DNA of 64,000 nucleotides from Hydrolagus affinis (lineage: Eukaryota). Of the stretch, positions 39,654 to 52,094 are shown one piece after another. Under the pieces are notes generated by a model. That model made no database searches and was not told the origin of the DNA. It saw nothing but the letters and a program-made list of their open reading frames with translations. The DNA lies in NCBI GenBank assembly GCA_012026655.1, contig JAAILG010000671.1:1-64000 (forward strand), read 5' to 3'. The position numbers were made by a program, and so were the translations under genes. Numbering within the stretch: the stretch's first letter is position 1; the number at the start of each line of letters is the position of its first letter.

Positions 39654-42333
39654 ATGGAGGGAGCCTGCTGAGCTATAACAGTGGAGATGCTCAGGGTTTT
39701 GAAAGCTTTGGGTTTCAGCCAAGCCAGGTTTCTGGTTCAATATCATGTGAGCTTTGTGGGTGACAGTGGGCAGACACTCTGGTGCTTGAAAAGAGATGTA
39801 ACATTACATTGTGTTTTTTTTTCTAAGTCTTTTAATTATTTCCCCCCAACCGCACCCCACCCTTAGGTGATACCAGCAAACAGCTGCCAATTGCTGACTC
39901 AACCCAATTGAGTTGAAGGGAAATGTGTGTGTGTCTCTCTCTCTCTCTCAGCCTCTTTGTAGATTACAAGATGTTGCCAATTAACTTGCTGCCTTTTAAA
40001 GCCATCTAAACAAGGTGTGTGAAGCCATGTACCTTCTCAGCATCTCTCTCTCTCTCACACACACACACAGGGAAATCGAGCCTCTGTATTGATTTGATCG
40101 GTGAATTACCAAGAAAGAACTGAATCGCAGAGGAAAATATTGGGATGAAATTCACTGTGAGTCCAACACCTTCAACAGGTAACAATGAAAATAATTTAAA
40201 AAAAAGAAACTTTGAATGAAAAAGGAGGGAGGGAGAAAGGGAAGGAGAAAGGTATTCATTTAGAACCAGTTAAACTGGGGTGGGGGTTTAACTAAATTTC
40301 TGAGTATTATTACCTTTCTGTAGCTACAGTAGACTCAGTATAACTGGGAACAATGAGACATGTAATCCAACATTAATGTTGTATACAACCCACACTATTT
40401 AAACTGTCTGCTCTGCATTTCTGATAATTGCAATGGTTAAGTTTGTGTGTTTGATTTGGCGTTTGATTGTTCAAGAAAATAATTCTAAGCACTATCCTTG
40501 CCTACTTGCCTCTCTCTCTCTCTACACTCCCTCCACCACACACACACACAGGTGTGAGCTAATCTAACCCCTTCTTCTCATTATCACACATTCCATGTGA
40601 TAATTCATTGCAATCCTACCCCAATCCTGGCTAACATCCGACCATGTCTTTAAACCCTTAATTATTCGTTTGAAAGAATAATTTCAAGAATTTTTGTTTT
40701 TCTTCGAAGGAGTGTGAAAATAAATCGTTTAGTCGCAGACAATAGCCAAACCTCATTTAACATGGCATTTCACGTTACTGAACAACCAAATTGTTTGCAG
40801 ATTAGTTCAACCGGCTGCCAATCCTGTTGTAAATATTTGGAAGCATTTTTAATTGTTCCAGAAAGGTTAGTCTGGCTGGAATGACTGTATTAGATAAGCT
40901 ACTCTGTCACATTCGTAATGCAAGAGTAAATTGGGTGTCAAATTTAACTCCGCCAATACAAGATAAGGCTAACTAAATTTTTTTTTACTGCTTGTCCAAT
41001 AAGCAGGCACTGTATGTGGCATTGTGTGAGCCTAAATGAAACTGAAGGGAGTGAGGAGGCTATGTGTTTGAAGTCACGGTTGTGTTCACTAATGCAGGAG
41101 AAATATATCTTGCTTGCATTTTAGTTATTTCAACCAGCTGAAAAAGGCTTTGGATGTCACTTGTGTTTAGCCGATTCCTCTCTGCTGTCTTAACTAATGC
41201 TTCAATGATCCCCCACCACCCTCGTTTTGTTTTGCTGTTATTATACAGTCAATTCACTTTACTGTGAATATTCTGTGAAGCGTTCTGAGACGGCGTGGAG
41301 GGCGCTATATAAATCCAAGTTGTTGTTGTTGAGACATCTGGAAGACGTGAAAAGCGCTGTATCAAATGCAAGGATTATTATTGTTATTTCAATCCAACTA
41401 TGAATCCATTTATCAAAATTTTCAACTCCTGTGCATTTCATTTAACGTAGCTTAAGGTGGAATTGAATAGTATGTCAAAAACATTTGTAATTTTTACTGG
41501 GAAAAAAAATAGTTTAGCTCTGGGTATAACAAATACAATAAAAAAAATCAATCAAAATAGACACAAATACAGACATTCACTATTGGGTGCCATCGCAGAA
41601 CAGTTTTTTTTAATGGATAACGGAAACAAAACAGATTAAATATATATTCCATTCATAGGTTGTGTGAACAATTAACATCGAAGCCATGATTGGATAACAA
41701 ACACAAGCTTTCGGAAACATTGATGTTCCTCAAGCGATCATGTGAGTTGCCTTTGACCTCTTTCCTGAAGTCAATGGTCAACCATTTTAAAAAAAATATT
41801 TTCTAAAGACGAAGAATCGTAAGAAGTGGGGGCTTCACCGGATGTTAATTGTTCAAATGTAAAGAGTATTGAAAGATCCCACAGTCCCCTCGCTTGCTTT
41901 CTTCAAGGCAAGTCTCACGATCCTCCTTTTCCACTGCGCCTGGAGTCACACTCCTACCCTTACCCTCCCTGCTCTCCGCACATCCCGATCCTAACCACCC
42001 CCACCAGCTCGTGTCCAAATCTTTGACTGCCCATCACCTTGGTACGTCCTCCTGACAATGAAAGGTGTTCTATAAATGTTATTTGTTGGTTGAAAGAAAG
42101 ATCGCAAAGGAGTTCTGCTATTTCCTAAGCCAACGAGAAGTGTTTCATGGGCTGACGAACCTGAGATTGACCTTTATCTTTACCATTCTCAGGTTAGACA
42201 GTCCTTGAAGCACATCTCAATCCTGCCATTCAAGGCTCTTGTCCTTCACCGTTCCTTTGGTTCTGTATCATTCATCGCACTGGAGTCAGTTCATTTCTTT
42301 ACACGTGTCATTATCTTAAAATTGGCTAATAAT

Positions 42334-42740
42334 ACAACAACAAAATTACATTTATAGAGCGGCTTTCACGTCGGGAGGACATCCCAAGTCAGGCACTGAA
42401 CAGTCAGGACGGGGACTCAAGCAAGGCAGAGGGGAAGGGTAGGAGAGAGGGGCGGGAGAGAGTTAGGAGGGGAGGGAGAGAGTTGGGAGGGCAGCAGAAG
42501 GCACGGTCGAAGAGGAGGGTCCTGAGATTGGCCTTGAAGGAAGTGAGGGAGGGAGCGAGGGGAAGGGACTGTGGGATGTAGTTCCAGAGTATGAGAGAGG
42601 CTGAAAGCCCGTCCGCCGATGGTAGGGCGGGTCGGGCGGGGGTCATGGAGCAGGCCGGAGCCTGCTGAACGGAGTGGGGCAGGGAGGTTCATAGGGGGAC
42701 AGCAGGTCAGAGAGGTAGGGGGGCTGGGGCCAAGGCCGTG
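42334..42740 (-). mobile_element. L2-clade LINE 3' fragment (ORF2 C-terminus, 3'UTR and (TTG)n tail)
   Basis: Frameshifted PLRSAGSGLL..P....IGGRAFS....LWN.IP.SL..APSL.SFKANLRTLLFDRAF, the characteristic L2 ORF2 end. Confidence 0.85.
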
Positions 42741-43032
42741 AATGGGGGCGAAATATACCTATAAATTAGTTGGTTCCTCTGCCTTTCTTCCGGGAGTTAA
42801 TGTCTCTCAGGCACCGCAAACTTCACCAGAGTAGCCGCTGTTTATGTCAGAACCTGGAGAGGATGTGATGCCAGTGCATTGGACCACTGGGGGCATTGCA
42901 GCCAAGACTCAACTGAACAACTCGGGTATTGACGGCTTCACTGGAAAGAAGGAGAAGCCAGAATCTGGACTAACTTGAGCGCTGAAGGCAAGTGCATCAA
43001 TTGTAGGACTGCCCTATTGATGTGGGTTATAT

Positions 43033-43415
43033 TAATATTCCTTGCATTGGATACGTTGCCTTATCACGTCTTTGAGACATCTCAAAGCACTTCACAGGAT
43101 ATACTCACTGTACAGTGAAGTGACTGTGTATTTAGTGGGGGAAGTGCGGCAGCCAATTGCGCACAGCAGCGTCCCACAAACAGTCGTGGATCGAGTAACC
43201 AAATTATTGTTATTTTGTGGAGGTGGGGGGATCGATTATTACCGCTTGGAAAATGCCAAATCTGCCAATCGACTAACCACTGGGTTCTTACTCACTGTCG
43301 GGTAAACAGAGGCAGGTGGAGTAAAGAAACTTGCCTAAGGTTTTGCCCTGCGCGGGAATCGAAGCCGGATCCTCTCGCTTGCGAGGTGAGCGCTCTCTGA
43401 ACTACTGTGCTACAG
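43033..43415 (-). mobile_element. tRNA-derived SINE, longer variant with an extra ~60-70 bp internal segment
   Basis: Family tail and body plus tRNA-like head, with an additional segment at ~43240-43315. Confidence 0.75.
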
Positions 43416-45859
43416 GTTAAACCAAGCTGGGGGTGTGTGGAGGGTGGTGGGGGAATCAGATCTGAGATCTTCCTGGTATTCGAAACTGTGAGTTTCCTCA
43501 TCTGCGAAGCTCAAGTACTCACCAGATCATTTCACGGAACAATCAATGCGGTCAGTCACGTGGCATTTTAGATTTTAAATCAGGGATTCATTTGCTTGTG
43601 ATGAATCGCTGTGTTGAATGTGTTTGCTGGTTAAAAGCAGTTTCTTTATCTCGGTTTGAACATCAGGTTGTTTTTTTCCATGAATAAAAAGCTAAATCAC
43701 ATGTACACTTAAACCCTGACATAAGCAGGATATTTGGGGATGGGGAGGGTGGGAAGAGGGTGGGGATATCCAGTTGATGAGCCAGAATTTCCATCAATGT
43801 GTAATTATAATGCCTGTACCAGCATTTTACTGGCGTTTTTCAACAGTAATTGTTTGAATCCCTTGAGCAGAAGAGAGGGAGTAAGTTATCTGAGTCCCAG
43901 TTGATATCCCTGGCTGCTGTGAAGGTACATAAGTATTCCAGGTGTGGCCGCTCAGGGTGGTATTGGGGGAGAGTTGGGCGAGCGGGAATCTGCACGTGTG
44001 CGGAAGTATTTTTTTAACAGAAAATGTAAGTGTCCGCCTTGGCCTGAGCTAGGTTCAAATTCTGGAAACTCAGAGGCCAGTAAATTGAGGGTTTAATGTG
44101 CTTAATGTTATGGATGGTGAACAGGTGAAAACTTTCCAATTTAATCAAGAGTTCTGGCTTTTCCATGCATCAAATTAGGAGTTGGAATTGAGTACCAGTT
44201 GTTCTAAATGGCGAGCAATCAGACAAATATACGACTAATAATATTCAGTGCAAACCCATCAAATTAGAACTAATCGCAACACAATTCTTCTATCATGTCA
44301 TTAAAAAGCATTTCAGTCCAATTTAAAAGCTCAATTTGGCAGACGTCACATGGAAAAAAAATGAAAACATGCGGATTTAAAAAAAAAAAATAATTCAGGA
44401 TTCAATTGGTTAATGTGAGCTCCTTGGTACTTGTTTTTCAGGAGAGATGTAAAACCACATTCTAAAACATCCGAAACATGTCAATTGTAACGTCAGTGTG
44501 TCCGCATGGATTTGACCACTAATGCTAAACCCAAGACATCCACATTTACCACATCCTAAAACATTCAAACATTTGATGGTTAACATTATTCTGCTCTTCA
44601 TGCTTACTGAGACTTTCTTTGAAGAATAATGATTCCTTAGGTTTTCACTCTGTTATTCACGAGTTGGCATGTATTGCCCGCTTAATGTTGCCCAAATGAT
44701 AAATGTACTGGCTTAGTCATGAGAATAAACCATACCTAGATGCAAGGCCTAAGAATCATCTATGGTCATATCCTTGTAACGTGTCACTTTACAAATCATC
44801 CAGGCTTGTTGCACTTGAAATTTATAATTCCACGTTAATTCAGAGAGAAAAAAAATTAATGGAATAATGTTATGTGATTGCGCGGGGGAGGAATTAATGA
44901 TATTTTGCAAATACATTTTGTCAGAAATGTTCCAGAATTGAATGGCAACATTCCTGGAAATTCTTCAGAAATAATATTGATAAATAATAATAATAATAAT
45001 CCTTGCAATTGGTATATCAGATGCATATACGATAGACGTTGTACTGAATTTGATTTTCGCGCCTTTCACATCGGTCGTACGTCTCTAAGTGCTTCGCAGG
45101 ATTTACTGCAAAGCGTATTGACTCTGTACTTCTGGCAAACATGGCAACTAATTTGCACTTGTTAATGTGTCACAAACGGCCATGAAGTGAAAGACCAATT
45201 TTTGGTGGATCTCAAAGACTTTCTTTGGTTATTTCTGTTACAGGGAAGAGTTAAGATTTTTTTTTAAGACTTTAGTCTAGCAGATGGCAATCGACTTGCT
45301 TTTACATCGTTTTCTATTCCAAGACTAAATTTAATCAAACAAAGTTGTATTACTTTGATTGGTCTTCAATACTTGTCGAAAAACCATTGATCATTCTCAG
45401 AATTTTAAAACATTATTTGCTTGCGTTTGCGTCTTATTATAACTACAAATCAAAAGTTTAACTTTAGTGCAGGAAATGCTGGGTTTAAATGTTGAAGTAA
45501 ATTGCTTTACATATCAGGTGTCTGTGCATATCATCAGATAGGTAGGATGCATTTATTCTTATATATAAAAAGATGCATCATTTAGACTCGACTGGGAGAT
45601 TAATTCCTTGGAGGAATGGTCACCGTTACTTACTCCTTTACATAATATTCAGGAAAAATAAGACCGCAACTCTATTTTTGTACATTTTCTTCCATAATTT
45701 AGATTTTTTTTGTTCTATTTGTTGAGCAATTGGATTTTATCCTTCATTTTAAAAAAAAAAAATTTGCTTTTCTTAAAAAAAAAAGTTGCAAAACCTAGGA
45801 CACAAACAGCCTTCCTTAGAAAAGGATAGTTTTTGTTTATGAATGCAGACAAATTACAC

Positions 45860-46068
45860 AAATGCGTGAGCTAAAATTTTATAATTACTGTATTAACTAG
45901 TGAGCCACAAAAGACTAATATACTGACTAATATACACTAATTTCTTAAGTCGTACTTAAATGTGTGAGCTAACATATTATAAGTATTAACTATTGTATTA
46001 ATTATTGAGCCATACAAGACTACTACTGTACACTGCAATACACTCTTTCCTTATTTCGTGCTTAAATC
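45860..46068. repeat. Diverged tandem duplication, two ~100-bp units
   Basis: aaatg.gtgagctaa.at.ttata...tgtattaa.ta.tgagcca...aagacta.ta...tacact....tcgt.cttaaat occurs twice. Confidence 0.7.
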
Positions 46069-47609
46069 TTAAAAAGCAATTAAATCAGTGACTAAATAAA
46101 AGGCATGTTTATCACGAATAGGACACCTTACCTGTTTACCTGTAACCAACCGTTCAATACTGATATCTGCTCACTTGACATGGAAAAAAAAAGGTCATAG
46201 GAGAGGCTATTTCACTCCTTTATATATTCCATTACAACTGCTCAAACAGATTGAAATTAAGTTCTACACGTACATGTGGCGCCCTTTGCATTGTATCTCC
46301 AAAAAGGCCCAGATGCTTTGAACTGGCTACTTTATAATGCCACACAGTACGTCACTTCCTGTTTATCAATTGTAGTATGGCTTGTGGTGAATGTTCCATT
46401 ACACCCAAGGACGTACTTGACTCATTTTTCACTATGTGTTTTTTTTCTTAACGCATTAATTAATTAATTAGAAGTTAAAATCCTTAAAATGCTGGAGCTA
46501 ATAAAGGTTAGAATTACAGTGCGAATTAATCACTGAATGATTGAATGAATCAATCAATCAGAAGAAAACAAATGTTGCAAATGCAATATAACACATGCAG
46601 CCTATATTTTTTTTAATGTAAATTCTTCTGCAATAGAGGAGTCCAACTGTATCTGATATAGGATTCCCCTACAATGTTGCTTAGAGATACCCATAGTTAA
46701 ATTTATTCTCCAGATTTACACAAATGCATTCTGTTTCATTATAAGTTGTATTAAATTGGCACCGAATCAAAGGCAATCCAGAGTCCGATCAATTGTGATA
46801 TGAAGTCAGGTATCCCAGTATTAAAATTATAAGTGTTGGCAAGACTGAAATTAAATGAATGCTGGAAGAGTAGCCTGGATTAAAGCAAGAATAACGCAAT
46901 TATGGAAACTGATCACAGATATCGCAAGTTTCCAAGTTGTGACTTGAACCACAGTATCCTTCCTGTCTTTTGCTCTGAAAGAAATCTTTAACTCTCTTTT
47001 CAAGCGAAATAAGTTTTCTCTGTAGACGAACACAAGGTATTTGGGCATTTTGCATTTAATGGCGTTTTTGCAAAGAAACCCCTTTTGAGTGTAAATTACA
47101 ACAATATGGAGTGTCACTATCTTCTCCCAGTATCCCAGAAGAAATCATTTCATTAGGTTTGCTGGACTTGCATTTTTAAGAGCCTTTCCAGAGTTTAGAT
47201 AGTAACGTTTAACTAATGATTTGATGTAAAAATATTTTTTCTATGCTGTATCTTTGCATGGTTAGTATAATAATAATAATACTATTGGGGATACATCTAC
47301 CAATCTGGCAAAGAAACAAGATATTAATCATAGAGGTGATAAGCGGGAACCAGTGAGTTATGGAAAATAAGTTTCCTGCTCTTTTCTGGCCACAAAACAC
47401 AGTCCTTTTTTGGAGATCAGATTCTGGAGATCAGAATCAATGAAGCATTGAGGCCCACAGTACATCACCAAGCTAGTATTGACAACCAGGGAACTAACTA
47501 AGGTTTGTGGTCGAACCTTTAGTCTTTTTTTAAAAAAAACGTTTTTTGTAGGTTATGTTTGCGGAGGGAGGGCTGAAGGATGTATGTAAAGAGTTCCTTC
47601 CATTCTCAT

Positions 47610-47960
47610 GAAGTCCTGGGAGATAGCGAGGTTGACTTGGAGGAGTGCAATCTGCACGCCGTGTTTGTTCAACAAACAGCCATGAAGTCGATAACTCATT
47701 TTACCTGGGGGTGTGAGCCAGGTCACCGGGTGAAACTCCCACGTCTTTTCAAATAGTGCTTCACTAATGTTCACTCGTACAGGCAGACAGGACCTCAGTC
47801 TGATGTCTCATCTGAACGATGGCAGCACCAACAATGTAGCCCACTTCCTGCTCTAAGGCTTCAACCTACACTATTATGAGTTCAGACACCAACGTGAGGC
47901 TCGAATACACAACCTTCTTACTCAGAGATGAGGGGATTGAGAACTCGAATGTGCCAGATT
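47610..47960 (-). mobile_element. Ancient Deu-domain tRNA-SINE remnant (a second, opposite-strand remnant at ~47995-48250; others at ~27040-27340 and ~60430-60600)
   Basis: ggcagacaggacctcagtctgatgtctcatctgaacgatggcagcacc resembles the DeuSINE core. The head ctctgagtaagaaggttgtgtattcgagcc is tRNA-like. Confidence 0.6.
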
Positions 47961-50900
47961 GATACGCAAGACAGAACTGTTCATGTTTAGTATAGTTGGC
48001 ATAGTTATGGGCATTCTAGCCGCTGTGGTTAAACGCAGTGTGTCCAAGCCTTACGTTGTGATTCGAGAATATATTTCTCGGCTGATGCAGTCTTGGGGAA
48101 GTATTGCATTGTTTGGAAGTGCTGTGTGTGTTTTTTTGTTTAATCAGAGAGTAAATCAAGTTTGCTAGCGTTATTGGGAGGCACTGACCTTCAAATGTGA
48201 AAGCTTGCAATGTGCAAAATGGCTGCCGGTGTTTGCCGAGCGAAACAGTCACGACGTGTGCAGTAGAACTGTCTCACTGTCAGGCATTTTGGCATGATAC
48301 GACGCTACAAGAAAACCTTCCTGCTGCAAACCGGGAGGCCGGTCCTTTTTAAGAATTAATTAGAATAAATAGTCAGCAATCTTTCAATATTATACAACTT
48401 TGCTAAATGCCTCCAGCGCCTTGGGACGTCCTCCCGACGTGAAAGGCTCTCTATAAATGTAATTTTGTTGTTGTTGTTGTTGTACTAACCAATTACCTAA
48501 TCTACACTGCAATCTGCTGCTTGCTTTACCACCGCATGTAGCACAGTTCGTCAAACGTAGCTATGGTTCCCTCATGCAGTGGAACAGGTTAATAAAGGGA
48601 CGAAACCGATTTGCATGCTTAATGAATAAAATGAACACTGAAAAGCAGCTTTGCTACAGTCCATTTGCCTACAGACTATTGTGTTAAGTAAGGCTAACTG
48701 AGCAGCGATATCTCAATACCATAAATGGGCATTGATTTTGAAGGCAAAGCATTACTGAAACATTAAGAAAAAAGAAACAAACGATATTCCCAATACATAG
48801 TGAAAATCTGCTGATCTCGTCTGCTCCAGATTGCATGCGTATATGCGTATCCTCATTTTGTTTCTGTTTGTTTGATCGCTGTTAGATCGAGCCTTCGGAA
48901 AATCTTAATAGGAAACAAAGTCTATTTCTAGGGTTCTGGGTTGGTTTTTTAAGATACAATTTTCCATGAAGGTCAATGAGTCTCGTTAAGGTATAATCTT
49001 GTGAATGGGTCACCTTACACCAGAGCTTAAAAGTGTCATAAAACTATGCAAAAGAGCAAGATAGAAATTCTACGTGTTCAGTTTACTCTTGTTTTATCAA
49101 AGCTTCCTGTCGACCAAGCGTCTGCATTAATTCGATGCCATTTTCCACCCTTCCAAAAACAATTTCCAGTCGATTTTATTTTTAATATACCCACAATTGC
49201 TATAATTTTAGTACAAACCAACATTGCTTTCCTCCTCCTTTGCGCTCCAACCTGATAGATGGCCTACGAACAACAGGACATTATAACGAAACGGGGGAAT
49301 CACATTGTTTATAATAGAGTGGTTAAATTATGGTCTTGTGATGGGGCACACAGCTATCGTTTTTGCTGCTAAAAATGCAATTAAACTGAAATTTCCATGT
49401 TGCAGAGACTTCAAACTGCTTGGAAGTACATTTGATGCCTTTTAAGGCATTTCTGCGCAACACCAATGTCTGCAGACAGTGAGGGTGTGTATTATCTGAT
49501 GTCGTTTGTCGATGGTTTTACAAGAAAACATTTATGTAGTATAGATACGTCGTATCATGACCATGCTTTCATCAAAATGATTTCTCTCAAAACTCTGTCC
49601 AATTTTCAAAAAACATCAGCAAAGGGCCTTACTGCTACTGTAGATATTAAATCAGCTACTGCGTGATTTTTTAAACCATTTTAATACAGTAAAATCTGTT
49701 GTGTGATAATATGGATCAGTGATGTGTGCTGCATGAGTGACCTTGAATGGTTTTAACAGATTTCTGATGTAGTAATCTGTGCATTTGATATAGTGCCTCG
49801 TCAATTCCTGACGTGAAAGGCGCTATACAAGTGTAATTTTGTTGTTGCTGTTGTTGCCTCATCAACTCAGCCAAAATGTCCCAAAGCGCTTCACAGAATT
49901 TTACTGTAAAGTACAAACTCGGTGTGTTTGTAGATGTATCTGTGATTCAATTCAGCTTTTGCTGAAACGAGTCTCAAAATGTAAGTATTTTTTAAGGGAT
50001 TTTTTTTCTTCCAAATATTGTTAAAAGTTCTGGTTACCCAGCAACGTTTAGTGCTTCTTGCTCCACAATTAAATACAAATGGAGTTCTGTCCCCAGAGAG
50101 CAGGAAATACTGTATAAATCAGTTTAATCTCCTAATTGCTTTTCTGTCCAAAGCAATGACTACTGATTTTTAGCAGTGTAAACAAGCCAGCAAAAGGCAA
50201 GATAGCTCAAAATACAGATAAATATCCAGTAATGAGGATGCACGATTTGATGGAAAAAACAATACATTAACCATATTAAACCCTCCGAATATAAACATGT
50301 TTAACAGATTTATTAAGAAACACACATTCCTCAAGTTTACAAACAACAGGAGTAGGATACAAAGAGTGCACAAAAGTGTGAAATAACAGGAAATAAAAGT
50401 AATAAAGCTTGACTATAAGCAGCAATTTTTTTTTAGATGCTATTGGGAGAAAAAATAACTACTCATCACCAAGTTACCATCTCAAACCTGTCCTTTTAGT
50501 TAGTGATTAACTCAATCAATATTAACTTTACATTTATAAAAGGCAAAACTTTTTCTGTAACATCTTACAGTATATGGGCCTCTGCCTATATAAATGTCAG
50601 TAACCATCTTCATGAGTTCTCAAGACATCCACTGCACTAGTTGGCATTTCATTACTTGTATTTAATATTTTGCTTGTCGTATAGTATTGTGTTCAAATTC
50701 AATTTTTTTAAAATCTTATGACCAATCCAGTCAAAGAAATAAAATCTAATACAAGTGCTATGCTGAAATGTCACTTCACTTCCTTATCTGACGTTTGTTT
50801 AAAATAATTAGATATACTGCAAATTGCTTATACCAATGAAAAGTTCTCATATGCGTGTAAAATTCTCTAGCTCCATCAAATAATTTAAACTTAAGTACAC

Positions 50901-52094
50901 TTAGAACAGATACCTCTGAATTCTCTCAGTGGAATTTTCTTCTATTTAAGCCTGGGGGAACAGGGAGAATTTATTATCACAATAATAATCCTTGTGTTTT
51001 ATACAGACTCTTATCGTGTCGTCAAGACACCTCAAAGCGTTTCACAGGTCTTTATTATTAAATGTAAGGACTGTATTTCATAGGTGATTACTGCTAACTT
51101 CTCTTGATTAAAATTATTCAACTCAGCAACTTAGGAATGAAATCTATTTGGGCTCTGCGTCCATTTTGTTTCACGTGTAAACTCTCAGCCAATGAATGAG
51201 ATTAACTCCCATCAATTTCATAAATCTTTGGAGTATGTGGATTTATTTCAACTTGTTACTTTGTATTCAGCATCAATGTAATGTTGTTTTATATTTCTCT
51301 AACTGTATTGCGTAATATCGAGCAACGATCCTTAATAAATTGTATGAAAACTGCATTTTGGAAATAAATGTGTTCGGTCACCATGTGGGATAAAATAGAT
51401 GTGAGCAGTACCTCTGTAAGCAGAAACTACTACTTACTGACCATTAAACTGATCTTTCGTGATATCCGCTTTGGATGTACCTCAGTAATCAGTGTAACTC
51501 ATTCAGGCCATTTTATTCCAATTGAAACTGAGAGGGGCAAAAATAACTATTACAAGGACAAAATGGCCCAGTCTCCAAGTGTCCTTAATAGTGAGTTTCC
51601 CATGTACAGAGAGTAATGAATGGCTGGGGGGGAATGACAAGAAACTAACCATTGAACAGTTGGTATAATGAGAGCAATGCTCAGCACTCTGATAACTGCT
51701 GTCTAGATCGTGAGGTAATACTGCCTTGAAATCACTCGTTTTGGATTATACATCAGGTAATTTAGCAGGTACAATTTTATCCCTTTTTGTGCTTTTGTTC
51801 GATGGTGGAGGTGTGATAGACGGCCATGTGATGGTGATCGACTGTGACAGATTTACTGCGAATTTAGCGAGTGTCGATCTGGAATGGATCACCAGGAAAT
51901 TACACCTCGTGTATGTCAAAAAAGAAAAGGATGCACACCAGACATATTGTCGTACCTTTACACTGTATAACAGCTACAACTGAAAAGGTAAGATGATTTT
52001 TGACGTACGTTAATTCAACTCATTTTTGGACGCCAGGGCTGCATGAATGCAATGTGTACGTGAGAACAGAATGAAAATGTTTAAAAACACAACA

